Positions 18,281 through 27,988 are shown, counted from the stretch's first letter. The stretch is 41,567 nt of DNA from Candidatus Eiseniibacteriota bacterium (GCA_044229145.1 JBGATO010000007.1:1-41567); one strand, 5' to 3'. Numbers and translations are program-made. Notes: generated by a model not told the origin, from the sequence alone.

Positions 18281-18823
18281 TTACAGCAGCGCGCGGATGG
18301 CGCTCTCCATCTGTTGCGTGGTCTGCGGTGTGAATCCCGAGAAGACGTTGCGGATCACGCCGGTCTTGTCGATCACGTAGGCGGTCGGGTAGCCCGCGAC
18401 GCCGTACTTGCTCTGCGTCGCTTGATCGGCCATCACGATCGGATAGTTCATGCCCTTCTTGACCGCGAACTCCTTGACGATCGCCGGTGGATCCTCGTCC
18501 ACCGACAGGCCGAGGATGACGAACTTGTCCGGGCCGAACTGGTTCTGCAGCTCGATCAAGTGCGGAATCTCCACGTTGCACGGGCCGCACCAGGTCGCCC
18601 AGAAGTCCACCATCACCACCTTGCCCTTGTAGTCGGCGAGGCTGACTTGCTTGCCGTCGAGATCGCTGAGCGTCCACACGGGAGCCGACTTGCCGGGCAG
18701 GAAGCCTTCCTCCGGCGTGCCGCTCGCGCTCTGTCCGCTCTTCTGTCCGCCACCGCCGCATCCCGCCACCGCGAGCGCCGCCACGCACGCCAGGATCGCG
18801 AGAGTGGTCCGCCAGTGTCGCAT
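18281..18823 (-). CDS. TlpA/ResA-family thiol:disulfide oxidoreductase lipoprotein
   Basis: Lipobox LAVAGC; LADYKGKVVMVDFWATWCGPC; YPT.YVIDK.G. Confidence 0.92.
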   Translation of the reverse strand: MRHWRTTLAILACVAALAVAGCGGGGQKSGQSASGTPEEGFLPGKSAPVWTLSDLDGKQVSLADYKGKVVMVDFWATWCGPCNVEIPHLIELQNQFGPDKFVILGLSVDEDPPAIVKEFAVKKGMNYPIVMADQATQSKYGVAGYPTAYVIDKTGVIRNVFSGFTPQTTQQMESAIRALL

Positions 18824-18863
18824 GAGTTCGATCGCTCCTATCTGTGTTCGCGTCCGCCGCGCG

Positions 18864-19592
18864 CTAGGCGCGCCAGCCGAGACGCTGCGCCCACGTCACC
18901 AAAGCCGTGAGCTTGTTGGTGACCATCAGCGTGCCCATCAAGATGACGATCACGCCGCTGCACACCTCGATGGTCTTGAAGTGATTGCGCAGCTTCTTCG
19001 AGACGCTGAGGAACTTGTTGATGCCCATCGCGGCAACGAAGAAGGGAATGCCGAGGCCGAGCGAGTACACGACCAGCAGGTAGATGCCCTTGCCCACCGT
19101 GTCCTGATTGCCCGCGTAGGCCAAGATGCCGGCGAGCACCGGACCGATGCACGGTGTCCACCCGAATGCAAACGTCAGCCCGACGATGAACGCCCGCAGC
19201 GGACCGACCGTGCGCGAGATCGCGCCCTCGTTGTCCATGCGCCGTTCGACCTGCAATCCCGGGATCCGGAAGATGCCGGTCAGGTGCAGCCCGAGGATGA
19301 TGATGACGATCCCACCGATGCGCGTGAGGACCGGCAGGTGGGTGCGCAGCACGACGCCGACCGCGGTCGCGGTGGCGCCGAGCGCCACGAAGATCACCGT
19401 GAAACCGAGAATGAACGCCAGCGAGCCGAGCGCCACGCGACGCATCAGGCCTTCGGTTTCGCCGCGCCGCAGCTCCTCCATCGACGCGCCGGAGACGATG
19501 CTCACGTAGATCGGGATCAGCGGCAGCACGCAGGGCGACGCAAACGAGAGGATGCCGCCCCCGAGTGCCAGCAGGGTTCCGCTGAAATCCAT
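18864..19592 (-). CDS. ccdA: Cytochrome c biogenesis protein CcdA
   Basis: SFASPCVLPLIP and FGWTPCIGPVL motifs; six TM helices. Confidence 0.93.
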   Translation of the reverse strand: MDFSGTLLALGGGILSFASPCVLPLIPIYVSIVSGASMEELRRGETEGLMRRVALGSLAFILGFTVIFVALGATATAVGVVLRTHLPVLTRIGGIVIIILGLHLTGIFRIPGLQVERRMDNEGAISRTVGPLRAFIVGLTFAFGWTPCIGPVLAGILAYAGNQDTVGKGIYLLVVYSLGLGIPFFVAAMGINKFLSVSKKLRNHFKTIEVCSGVIVILMGTLMVTNKLTALVTWAQRLGWRA

Positions 19593-19645
19593 GATTAGGC
19601 GTATCTCCGACGTCCGCGAACGGGTGGGCTCACAAGGAGCCTTCG

Positions 19646-19675
19646 ACAGTAACAATCCGCGCGGGGCGCAGTCAA
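19646..19675 (-). promoter_or_regulatory. Promoter of ccdA-tlpA-TPR operon
   Basis: TTGACT (19675-70) - 18 nt - TACTGT (19651-46) with a TG extended -10. Confidence 0.55.
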
Positions 19676-19831
19676 CCGCCGCCGCGCGGAGATAGGTGAT
19701 TGCCGGGCAAAGAGTTGACTCGTCACACAGGTGTGTGGGCCGAACCCCGACCTGGGTTGGACGCCGCGAGACGCACACCGGCTGCTTTCAAAAGCCGGTG
19801 GCCAGCTCCGCGGTTCCCTGCAGCACGCCCG

Positions 19832-21298
19832 TCAGCTCGTCATGCGGTACCCCAAGGCCTCGCCCAGATGCGTCGGCGTCACGCGGCCCGCCGCATCGAG
19901 ATCCGCGATGGTGCGGGCCACCCGCGTGACCCGCGATGCTCCCCGCGCCGAGAGCGTCCCGCGGTCGATCGCCCGCCGGAGCAGCATGCGCGAGTCCGTC
20001 TCGAGCTGCACGGCCGCGCTTCCCCTCTCGCGTGCGAGCGTCCGCGCGCCACTCACCCGTGCACGCACCGGAGCCGACCCTTCGCCCGGCGGACCGTCCA
20101 ACAGATCTCGCGACGTCACCGCCGGCACATGCACGCACATGTCGATGCGATCCAGCAACGGCCCGCTGACCCGCCCGCGATAATGCTGAATCTGCGTCTC
20201 GCTGCACCGGCACGCCACGCGATCGTCACCGAGGTGGCCGCACAAACAGGGATTCATCGCCGCGACTAGTTGGAAGTCGGCGGGAAACTCCTCCGCGCCG
20301 TGAACGCGGACGACGCGCACGACTTTGTCCTCGAGCGGCTGCCGCATCGCCTCGAGCACGCTGCGGCGAAACTCCGGCAGTTCGTCGAGGAACAGCACGC
20401 CGCGATGCGCGAGGCTCATTTCCCCCGGCCGCGGACCGGGCCCGCCGCCGATCAGCCCCGCGTCGCTGATCGTGTGGTGCGGCGCGCGGAACGGCCGCCG
20501 CTCGATCAGGCCGGCGACGCGCTCCGGCGGCAGCACCACCGAGTAGATGCGCGTGACCTCCAGCGCCTCGTCGCGCGTGAGCGGAGGCAAGATGCTCGGA
20601 AGCCGCGCGGCGAGCAGCGTCTTGCCCGCGCCCGGCGGGCCGATGAGCAGCAGATTGTGGCGGCCCGCCGCGGCGATCTCGAGGGCGCGGCGCGCGTGCG
20701 CCTGCCCCCGCACGTCGGCCAGATCCAGCGGCGATGTCTCCGCCGCCGCACCGGCCGCCCGCGGCATCGCGTCGTGCGGCGCGATCAGCGCACGTGCGCG
20801 CAGATGCTCCACGACTTCGAGGAGCGTGCGCGCCGGAAACACCGTGACGCCCGGCACCAACGCCGCCTGCGCCGCGCTCTCCGCCGCGACGATCACCTGT
20901 GACCGCCGCGCCTCGCGCGCCGCCATCACGAGCGGCAGGACGCCGCGCACCGCCTTCACGCGGCCGTCGAGCGCGACTTCGCCGATGAAGACCACATCGC
21001 CCGCCGCCTCCGACGGCAAAAAGCCAGCGGCGATGCACAAGCCGATGGCGATCGGCAGATCGAGCGACGCGCCCGACTTGTGGAGGTGCCCCGGCGCGAG
21101 ATTCACCGTGACGCGCCGCGGTGGCACTCCGAGCCCGGCGCACCGCAGCGCCGTCAACACACGTTCGCGCGCTTCACGCACCGCGGTATCCGGCAAGCCG
21201 ACGATCGTGAAACTCGGGAGGCCGCCGGCGTGCACGTCCGCCTCGACCTCCACCAATACGCCACGAATGCCCACCACCATGCCGCCCCACACACGCAC
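19832..21298 (-). CDS. comM: YifB/ComM Mg-chelatase-like AAA+ ATPase
   Basis: GGAGGAGG RBS 6 nt before GTG 21298; IVGLPDTAVREARERV, VNLAP, GPPGAGKT, RAPHHT, LFLDELPEF, AMNPC.CG, SGPLLDRID. Confidence 0.93.
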   Translation of the reverse strand: MRVWGGMVVGIRGVLVEVEADVHAGGLPSFTIVGLPDTAVREARERVLTALRCAGLGVPPRRVTVNLAPGHLHKSGASLDLPIAIGLCIAAGFLPSEAAGDVVFIGEVALDGRVKAVRGVLPLVMAAREARRSQVIVAAESAAQAALVPGVTVFPARTLLEVVEHLRARALIAPHDAMPRAAGAAAETSPLDLADVRGQAHARRALEIAAAGRHNLLLIGPPGAGKTLLAARLPSILPPLTRDEALEVTRIYSVVLPPERVAGLIERRPFRAPHHTISDAGLIGGGPGPRPGEMSLAHRGVLFLDELPEFRRSVLEAMRQPLEDKVVRVVRVHGAEEFPADFQLVAAMNPCLCGHLGDDRVACRCSETQIQHYRGRVSGPLLDRIDMCVHVPAVTSRDLLDGPPGEGSAPVRARVSGARTLARERGSAAVQLETDSRMLLRRAIDRGTLSARGASRVTRVARTIADLDAAGRVTPTHLGEALGYRMTS

Positions 21299-21330
21299 CC
21301 CACACCTCCTCCCCACCCGTGCGCGTGAGT

Positions 21331-23826
21331 CTAGCGTCGCCCTCCGACAGTTTCGCGGCCGGCGGGCCACAGCCACAATGCGAGCACGACGTTCACCGCC
21401 GCCGCGAGCGCCCAGTCGTCCCAGTGCAATGCATGCAAGCGAAGTGGGTCGGAGGCGAGCGACAACTGAATGAGTCCGACGCTGATCGCCGCGGTGAGCG
21501 CGCAGACGACGCGCGAAGCCGTGGTGGCGAGCCGCGTGAGCACCGCGCCGGTGGTGGCGCTGCCGAGCGTCAGCACCGCCATCGCCATGGCGCGCGCGTG
21601 TTCGACGTCGTGGAAGTGGCCGAGGCTGCGCCAGTAGCCGAGGCCGAGCGCCAGAGTGAGCCACGCGCTCGCCCCGAGGACGCGGCGCGCCAAGGCCGGC
21701 GCGTAGAACGAGCGCGTCGGCGTGCTGCTCGCCGCGCCGTCGTGCGCCGGCAGTTGGAACGCCAGCAGCGCCGTCGGGTGCACGAGCAGTTCGAGCCACA
21801 CGATGTGCACCGGCAAGAAGAGCAGCGGTAATCCCACCAGCGGCACGAGCGCCGCGGAGAGCACTAGCGGAATGTGGACGACGAGCAGATAGGAAAAGCT
21901 GTGCTCGAGATTGTGCGCGAGCTGCCGCCCTTCCCCGATCGCGTGCACGATGGTGGCGAAGCTGTCGCGCAACAGCACGATGGCGGCGGCTTCGCGGGCG
22001 CTGCGGGTACCGCGTTCGCCCATCGCGATGCCGACGTCGGCGGCCTGCAGGGCCGGCACATCGTTCACGCCGTCGCCGGTCACCGCGACGAGGGCGCCGC
22101 GCTGTTGGAGGCCGCGCACCAGGGCGAGTTTCTGCGCCGGTTTGGCGCGCGCGACGACGTCGAGCGCGGGGGCCTCATCACCGTGCGGGCGTGCGAGCCA
22201 TGCGTCGACGTCGTCGCCGAGAATGGCGCGCGGAGCGTCGCCGCCTCCAAGGCCGAGAGCGCGGGCGACCGCGCTGGCCGTCGCCGGATGATCGCCGGTG
22301 ACCATGATGGTGTGGATGCCGAGCCGGCGCGCGGTGGCGATCGCCTCCGGCACTTCGGGGCGGATCGGATCTTCGACGGCGACGAGGCCGAGGAGCGTGA
22401 AGCCCTCGCCCGGCTCGTCCTCGGGTGGCGCGCCGACCCGGCATTGCGCCACCGCGACGACCTTCGCGCCGTGCGCCGAGAGTGCGGCGGCGCGCGCCGG
22501 CCAGTCAGTGCCGTCGCCCTCTTCACACAGTGTGACGACGGTCTCGACCGCGCCCTTCATCGCGCAGAGGATGCCGCCGGCGTCGCGCACCGCGACCGTG
22601 GCGCGGCGTCGGTCCTCGGTGAAGGGGAAGACGGCGACGGCCTCGCCCGGCATGGTGGCGGCGCTGCCGCCGCGCGCCGCCGCCGCGGCACACAGTGCGG
22701 CGTCGAGCGGATCGCCGCCCGCGTTGTGCGACGCCCACGCGGCGATGCGCGCCACATCGTCCTCGCTCGCGCCCGTCGCCGGCACGTAGGTGGTGACGCG
22801 CGGACGTCCCTCGGTCAGCGTGCCGGTCTTGTCGGAGCAAATCACGGAGATGCGGCCGATGTTCTCGACGCTCACCGCGCGCCGCACCAGCGCTTGCCGG
22901 CGTGCCAAGCGGAACACCCCGACGCCGAGGAAGAACGTGAAGACGACCGGGAACTCCTCGGGCAACGCCGCCACCGCGAGCGTCACCGCGCTGAGCAGCG
23001 CGTCGGTCCAGCCCTTGCCTTGCGCGAGGCGCACCGCCGCCAGCAACAAACAGAGGATCGCGGCCCCCACCGACAACCGCGTCACCAGGCGTGCGATGGC
23101 AGCCTGCAGCGGCGTCGTCGCGTGCGCGCCCTCGGCGGTCGACTGCACGATCTCGCCGTACTCGGTGTCCTTCGACGTGTAGACGACGCGCAGGGTGCCG
23201 CGGCCGAGCAGGAGCCGCGTACCGGCCCAGCCCCACAGCGCTCCATCGGCGAGCGCGAGACCGCCGTCGTCGTCCGCTTTCCCGCCGTCGCGCAGCGCGC
23301 GCGCCGCCGACTTGGCGACCGGCCAGGTTTCGCCGGTCAGTGCCGACTCGTCGGCTTGCACGTCGGCGACATCGATCCATACGCCATCGGCCGGGATGTT
23401 GTCGCCGGATTCGAGTTGCAGGAGATCGCCGGGCACGATGTCGCGCGACGGCAGCGTGACACAGGCTCCGTCGCGCCACACGCGCGCGCTGGTGGCGAGG
23501 CGGCCCGCCAGCCCCGCGGTGGATGCCTGCGTGCGGCGATGCAGGAACACATCCATGCCGACCAGCGGCGCGATGAGGGCGAGCAGCGTGATCGCCTCGG
23601 TGGTGTCGCCGAGCAGCGCGTACAGCACACCGGTGCCGAAGAGGAACCACACCATCGGATCGCGTGCGGTGTCGGCGAGGAGTGCCAGCCACGGATGGCG
23701 CACGGTTTCGAGAATGTCGTTGGCGCCGTATTGGCGGAGATGCTCCGCCGCGTGCTCGCTGGTGAGGCCGGATGTGCCGAAGGGCACGGCAGCCATGCGC
23801 TCGGGATCGATGCGCCGTTCCGCCAT
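21331..23826 (-). CDS. Cation-transporting P-type ATPase (type II-like, PEEFP subfamily)
   Basis: DESALTGE, ALPEEFP, ICSDKTGTLT, MVTGDH, TGDGVNDVPAL. Confidence 0.93.
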   Translation of the reverse strand: MAERRIDPERMAAVPFGTSGLTSEHAAEHLRQYGANDILETVRHPWLALLADTARDPMVWFLFGTGVLYALLGDTTEAITLLALIAPLVGMDVFLHRRTQASTAGLAGRLATSARVWRDGACVTLPSRDIVPGDLLQLESGDNIPADGVWIDVADVQADESALTGETWPVAKSAARALRDGGKADDDGGLALADGALWGWAGTRLLLGRGTLRVVYTSKDTEYGEIVQSTAEGAHATTPLQAAIARLVTRLSVGAAILCLLLAAVRLAQGKGWTDALLSAVTLAVAALPEEFPVVFTFFLGVGVFRLARRQALVRRAVSVENIGRISVICSDKTGTLTEGRPRVTTYVPATGASEDDVARIAAWASHNAGGDPLDAALCAAAAARGGSAATMPGEAVAVFPFTEDRRRATVAVRDAGGILCAMKGAVETVVTLCEEGDGTDWPARAAALSAHGAKVVAVAQCRVGAPPEDEPGEGFTLLGLVAVEDPIRPEVPEAIATARRLGIHTIMVTGDHPATASAVARALGLGGGDAPRAILGDDVDAWLARPHGDEAPALDVVARAKPAQKLALVRGLQQRGALVAVTGDGVNDVPALQAADVGIAMGERGTRSAREAAAIVLLRDSFATIVHAIGEGRQLAHNLEHSFSYLLVVHIPLVLSAALVPLVGLPLLFLPVHIVWLELLVHPTALLAFQLPAHDGAASSTPTRSFYAPALARRVLGASAWLTLALGLGYWRSLGHFHDVEHARAMAMAVLTLGSATTGAVLTRLATTASRVVCALTAAISVGLIQLSLASDPLRLHALHWDDWALAAAVNVVLALWLWPAGRETVGGRR

Positions 23827-23883
23827 GCCCTTCCCCTCCCCGCGTCCTGTCGTGGGTTGCGCGCCGTCGTGCGACGCCGTCGT

Positions 23884-25020
23884 CTAGCCCTGCGGCCACG
23901 CTCCGACGTAGCGCGAGGCCGGACGGATCAGCCGGCCGGTGCGTCGCTGCTCGAACACGTGGGCGCACCAGCCGGCGACTCGCCCGACCGCGAAGGTCGG
24001 CGCAAAGGACGTCCGCGGCAAGCCGACCGCATCGAGCAGCACGGCCGTGTAGAACTCGACGTTCGCCTTCAGCGGCCGGTCGGGGTGCCGGGCCGCGAGG
24101 GCCGCCTCCGCTTCGCGCTCGACCGCGCGTGCCAGAGCCAGTCGATGGCTCGCCACGCCGGCCGCTTCCAGCCGGCCGATCACCGCTTCCAGCACTGCCG
24201 CGCGGGGGTCGCGAACACGATAGATTCTGTGGCCCATTCCCATGATGCGTCGCTGGGACTTCAGTTCACCCGCGATCCAATCGGCGGCGTGCTCCGGCGA
24301 TCCGATCGCATCCAACATGTCGAGCACCGGGCCCGGCGCGCCTCCGTGCAACGGGCCTTTGAGTGCGCCCACAGCCCCGACGATCGCCGAGATCGCGTCG
24401 GACGCCGTGGAGGCGATGACGCGCGCGGTGAAGGTCGACGCGTTCATGCCGTGATCCATGACGGTCACCAGGTAGGCGCCAAGCGCCGCGGCAACGGCAG
24501 GCGGCGGGGTCGCGCCGGCGCTGATCCGCAGGTAGTCGGTGGCGTGGTCGAGCGAGGGGTCCGGCGCGACGAGTTCTGCCCCGGCGCGACGGCGTGACCA
24601 GGCGGCGACGATGACTGCTGTCGCTCCGACTGCCGTCACCGCATCGCGGGCGTCATCTCCGGACGGCTGGAGGAGCGCCAATCCCCCGCGCAGTGCGTCC
24701 ATGCCGTCGGGCGCCTCGAGTGCGACGGCCCACCGGTTGCGTGTCTCCCAGGCGGCGTGTCGTGCGTCCCCGAGGGCTTCCGCCACGTTGGAGACAGGCT
24801 CCAGGCTCGGATCGAGCCCCGCTTCCCGCCAGAGTGCGCCGGCCATCGCCTCGAATCCGCGATGCCCCGCAACCGTCTCGACGTCTTCGCCGGCAATCAG
24901 GAGCTGCCCTTTCTCTCCATCGACGTGGCTCAAGCGCGTATCGGCTGCGCTGATGCCCTCGAGGCCGCTGGCGCGGGCGACTGTGTCCGGCGACGTGTCT
25001 GCATTGATCATGCTGTGCAT
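23884..25020 (-). CDS. Citrate synthase / methylcitrate synthase family protein
   Basis: SGLEG, DHGMNASTF, GPLHGGA, MGMGHRIY, DPRA, KANVEFY, GWCAH; AGGAAGGAGG RBS. Confidence 0.9.
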   Translation of the reverse strand: MHSMINADTSPDTVARASGLEGISAADTRLSHVDGEKGQLLIAGEDVETVAGHRGFEAMAGALWREAGLDPSLEPVSNVAEALGDARHAAWETRNRWAVALEAPDGMDALRGGLALLQPSGDDARDAVTAVGATAVIVAAWSRRRAGAELVAPDPSLDHATDYLRISAGATPPPAVAAALGAYLVTVMDHGMNASTFTARVIASTASDAISAIVGAVGALKGPLHGGAPGPVLDMLDAIGSPEHAADWIAGELKSQRRIMGMGHRIYRVRDPRAAVLEAVIGRLEAAGVASHRLALARAVEREAEAALAARHPDRPLKANVEFYTAVLLDAVGLPRTSFAPTFAVGRVAGWCAHVFEQRRTGRLIRPASRYVGAWPQG

Positions 25021-25072
25021 CCTCCTTCCTGCATGTTAGGGTCGACATATGGATCGTATTGATCAAGATAGA

Positions 25073-26323
25073 ATGCTCAATCAACATGACGAATACGTCG
25101 ATGCAGACGAGGCCACTGCGTACTTGGGGATCAAACACGCCTCCCTGTATGCGTACGTGAGTCGCGGCTGGATCCGGCGCATCCCCGGCCCCCGGGGCCG
25201 GGGAAATCTCTATCTGCACGCGGACCTCCTCCGGGTGAGAGCGCGACGCGACGCACGTGCCGGTCACGGCCCGGTCGCCGCCTCGGCGCTGAATTGGGGC
25301 GAACCCGTCCTCAGTACGGACATCAGCGCCATCGACGCGCGCGGCCCGCTCTACCGCGGCCACTGCGCGGTCGATCTCGCTGCGCGCGCGGTCAGCTTCG
25401 AGGCAGTGGCGGAGCTGTTGTGGACCGGCACTCTCCCGTATGCGCCGGTGTGGCCTTCGGAGGCATCCGGAATCCCCTCCCGCACGCTGGCGCAGTTGCT
25501 TCCGCGAGGTGCGGCACCGTTCGACGTCTTGCCGCTCGTGGTCCCGGTGCTCGAAGTGCAGGATGCGGTCCGACTCAGCGCGCTTCCGAGCGGCGAACAC
25601 GCCAGGGCGCGCAGCCTGATTCGCCGCATGGCGGCATGCACCGCCGTGCCATGTGCGGTTGGGCGCGTCGAAGAGGCGGCGGCGCAGCCGACGGTGGCTG
25701 CCGGTGTGCTCCACGCGCTCGGCGTCTCCCCGAGCCAGGAGCGCGAACGCGCGGTCAATGCGGCCCTCGTGCTGTGTGCCGACCATGAGCTGAACGCGTC
25801 GACCTTCGCGGCGCGCGTCACCGCGTCCACTGGCGCAACCCTCTACGCCGCCGTCAGTGCGGCGCTCGGCGCAATCTCAGGTCCGAGGCATGGCGGCGAG
25901 TGCGATCGAGTCGAGGACTTCGTCGCGGAAGCTGGGTCGCCGAGAGCGGCGTCCGACGCGTTGGCGGCACGCGCGCGACGCGGCGAGCGCGTCGCCGGAT
26001 TCGGCCATCGCCTGTATCCTGCGGGCGACCCGCGCACGCCGCCGATGCTGGAGATCGCCCGGGCGGTGGCGCCGCGCAATCCGACAGTGCGCACCGCAGA
26101 CGCGCTCATCGCGGCCGGCGCGGCCGCGGGCCATGGACACCCGACGCTCGACATGGGACTGGTCGCGCTCGCGGCGGCGCTCGAATTGCCGCGCGGCAGC
26201 GCGATGGCGCTCTTCGCGCTCGGCCGTACCGCGGGGTGGGTGGCCCATGCGCTCGAGCAGCGCGCGAGCGGCATCATGCTGCGGCCACGCGCCCACTACA
26301 CCGGCCCCGAATCGGCGCGGTGA
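25073..26323 (+). CDS. HTH-citrate synthase fusion, putative transcriptional regulator
   Basis: N-terminal excisionase/MerR-like HTH (DADEATAYLGIKHASLYAYVSRG), then a CS-like domain (DHELNASTF, GPRHGG, GFGHRLY, GWVAH). Start may be 25049. Confidence 0.85.
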   Translation: MLNQHDEYVDADEATAYLGIKHASLYAYVSRGWIRRIPGPRGRGNLYLHADLLRVRARRDARAGHGPVAASALNWGEPVLSTDISAIDARGPLYRGHCAVDLAARAVSFEAVAELLWTGTLPYAPVWPSEASGIPSRTLAQLLPRGAAPFDVLPLVVPVLEVQDAVRLSALPSGEHARARSLIRRMAACTAVPCAVGRVEEAAAQPTVAAGVLHALGVSPSQERERAVNAALVLCADHELNASTFAARVTASTGATLYAAVSAALGAISGPRHGGECDRVEDFVAEAGSPRAASDALAARARRGERVAGFGHRLYPAGDPRTPPMLEIARAVAPRNPTVRTADALIAAGAAAGHGHPTLDMGLVALAAALELPRGSAMALFALGRTAGWVAHALEQRASGIMLRPRAHYTGPESAR

Positions 26324-26376
26324 CCTCACAGCGACGCCACGGTGTAGGTGCGTCGACACAACGGAAGGGGATCTTC

Positions 26377-27105
26377 ATGGATCTGACGGGGCGCGTCGCC
26401 ATCATCACCGGCGCCAGCACCGGTATCGGGCGCTTCACCGCCCACGAACTTGCCGCGGCCGGGGCTGACCTCGTGCTCGGCGCACGGTCGCACGAGAAGC
26501 TCGATCGCGTGCGCGCCGAGGTCGCGCAACTCGGGCGCCGCGCGGTGACACGCGTCACCGACGTGCGGGACTCCGCCCAATGCGCGGCGCTGATCGACGC
26601 CGCACTCCAGGAGTTCGGGCGGCTCGACGTCCTCGTCAACAACGCGGGCGTCGGCGCGTTCGGCGCCACCCAGGATATCAGCGATGAGACCTGGCGGCGC
26701 GTGCTCGACACCAACCTCACCGGCACCTTCTACTGCACGCGCGCGGCCCTGCCGCACTTCATCGGCCAGAAGCAAGGACACATCGTGAACGTGTCCTCGG
26801 TCGCCGGGCGCGAGGGCATCGCCGGGGCAGCGGCGTACTGTGCGTCGAAGTTCGGCCTCACAGGCTTCACGGACGCGCTGTCGCGCGAGGTCGCGGAGCA
26901 CAACATTCGCGTGAGCGCTGTCTATCCGGGCCGCGTACGCACCGCCTTCGCCCACGACGAAGACAGCGAAGATGGCGACGGTACCGCCAACGCGATGGGT
27001 GCCCGCGACGTCGCGCGTGCCATCCGCACCATCGTCGACAGCAGCGACGCGGTGGTGATCGAGAGCATGGTTCTCTACCCAAGGCCGAGTTCCTGGGACG
27101 AGTAG
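26377..27105 (+). CDS. Short-chain dehydrogenase/reductase
   Basis: TGASTGIG, NNAG, NVSS, YCASK; GGAAGGGG RBS. Confidence 0.93.
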   Translation: MDLTGRVAIITGASTGIGRFTAHELAAAGADLVLGARSHEKLDRVRAEVAQLGRRAVTRVTDVRDSAQCAALIDAALQEFGRLDVLVNNAGVGAFGATQDISDETWRRVLDTNLTGTFYCTRAALPHFIGQKQGHIVNVSSVAGREGIAGAAAYCASKFGLTGFTDALSREVAEHNIRVSAVYPGRVRTAFAHDEDSEDGDGTANAMGARDVARAIRTIVDSSDAVVIESMVLYPRPSSWDE

Positions 27106-27145
27106 CCGCCGCGGCCGTTGGGCCTGCCGCGCGGCCTCGCCGGGC

Positions 27146-27154
27146 TGCTATACT
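27146..27154 (+). promoter_or_regulatory. Extended -10 promoter upstream of ChdC-like gene
   Basis: TG-C-TATACT about 70 nt upstream of GTG 27227. Confidence 0.5.
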
Positions 27155-27226
27155 CCGGCCCGACACCCCGTAACGCCGCGCGAACACGCGCGGATCATCC
27201 GTCGATCAGATGAAGGAGAGTGCGCC

Positions 27227-27967
27227 GTGGCAGACACGCTCGGCCGGCAGTTCGTGAATTACCGGTTCCTCCAAGTGGATGCGGCCTGGCGGCACCTCGA
27301 CCCTGCCACGCGCGACGCGGCCAAGCGCGAGTATGCGACGGTGCTCGAGAGTTTCCGTCACGAAGCACGCGTCTTCACATACTCGACGGTCGGCACGCGC
27401 GGCGACTGCGACATGATGCTGTGGTGCATCAGCGATTCGCCGGAGACGTTCCAGCGCTTGCACGCGGCACTGCACGGCACGACCCTCGGCAGGTATCTCA
27501 CCGCGCCGTACTCGTACCTCGCGATGACGCGCAAGTCGGAGTACGTCGACAATCACACGCACCCGGGGCAGGAAGGTCTGCGCTTGCGCATTCGGCCCTC
27601 GGAGATGCGTTATTTGTTCGTGTATCCGTTCGTGAAGACGCGGCAGTGGTATCTGCTGTCGCGCGAGGAACGGCAGCGGATGATGGACGAGCACATTCGC
27701 GTCGGGCACGAGTACCCGTCGGTGAAACTGAACACCACCTACTCGTTCGGGCTCGACGATCAAGACTTCGTCGTCGCGTTCGAGACGAATCAGCCGGGCG
27801 ACTTCCTCGACTTGGTGATGGCGCTGCGGAATACCGATGCCAGCGTGCACACGGTGCGTGACGTGCCGATCTTCACGTGTATCCGCCGTCCAGTGGCTGA
27901 AGTGCTCGACCTGCTCGACGGGAGCGGGTGCGCCAAGCCGTCGCCGCTGCCGGAGACCGTCGGCTAA
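27227..27967 (+). CDS. Chlorite dismutase-family heme protein, probably coproheme decarboxylase (ChdC/HemQ)
   Basis: AAGGAG RBS; TRKSEY, FVYPFVK..WY, MMDEH..VG, TTYSFGLDDQDF; the distal Arg of true chlorite dismutases is not apparent (KLNTT). Confidence 0.8.
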   Translation: MADTLGRQFVNYRFLQVDAAWRHLDPATRDAAKREYATVLESFRHEARVFTYSTVGTRGDCDMMLWCISDSPETFQRLHAALHGTTLGRYLTAPYSYLAMTRKSEYVDNHTHPGQEGLRLRIRPSEMRYLFVYPFVKTRQWYLLSREERQRMMDEHIRVGHEYPSVKLNTTYSFGLDDQDFVVAFETNQPGDFLDLVMALRNTDASVHTVRDVPIFTCIRRPVAEVLDLLDGSGCAKPSPLPETVG

Positions 27968-27988
27968 CACACGACGCATCACGATGAC

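Noticed and set aside
19832..21298. comM as an integration hotspot
   Set aside because: The reading frame is uninterrupted and no recombinase is nearby.
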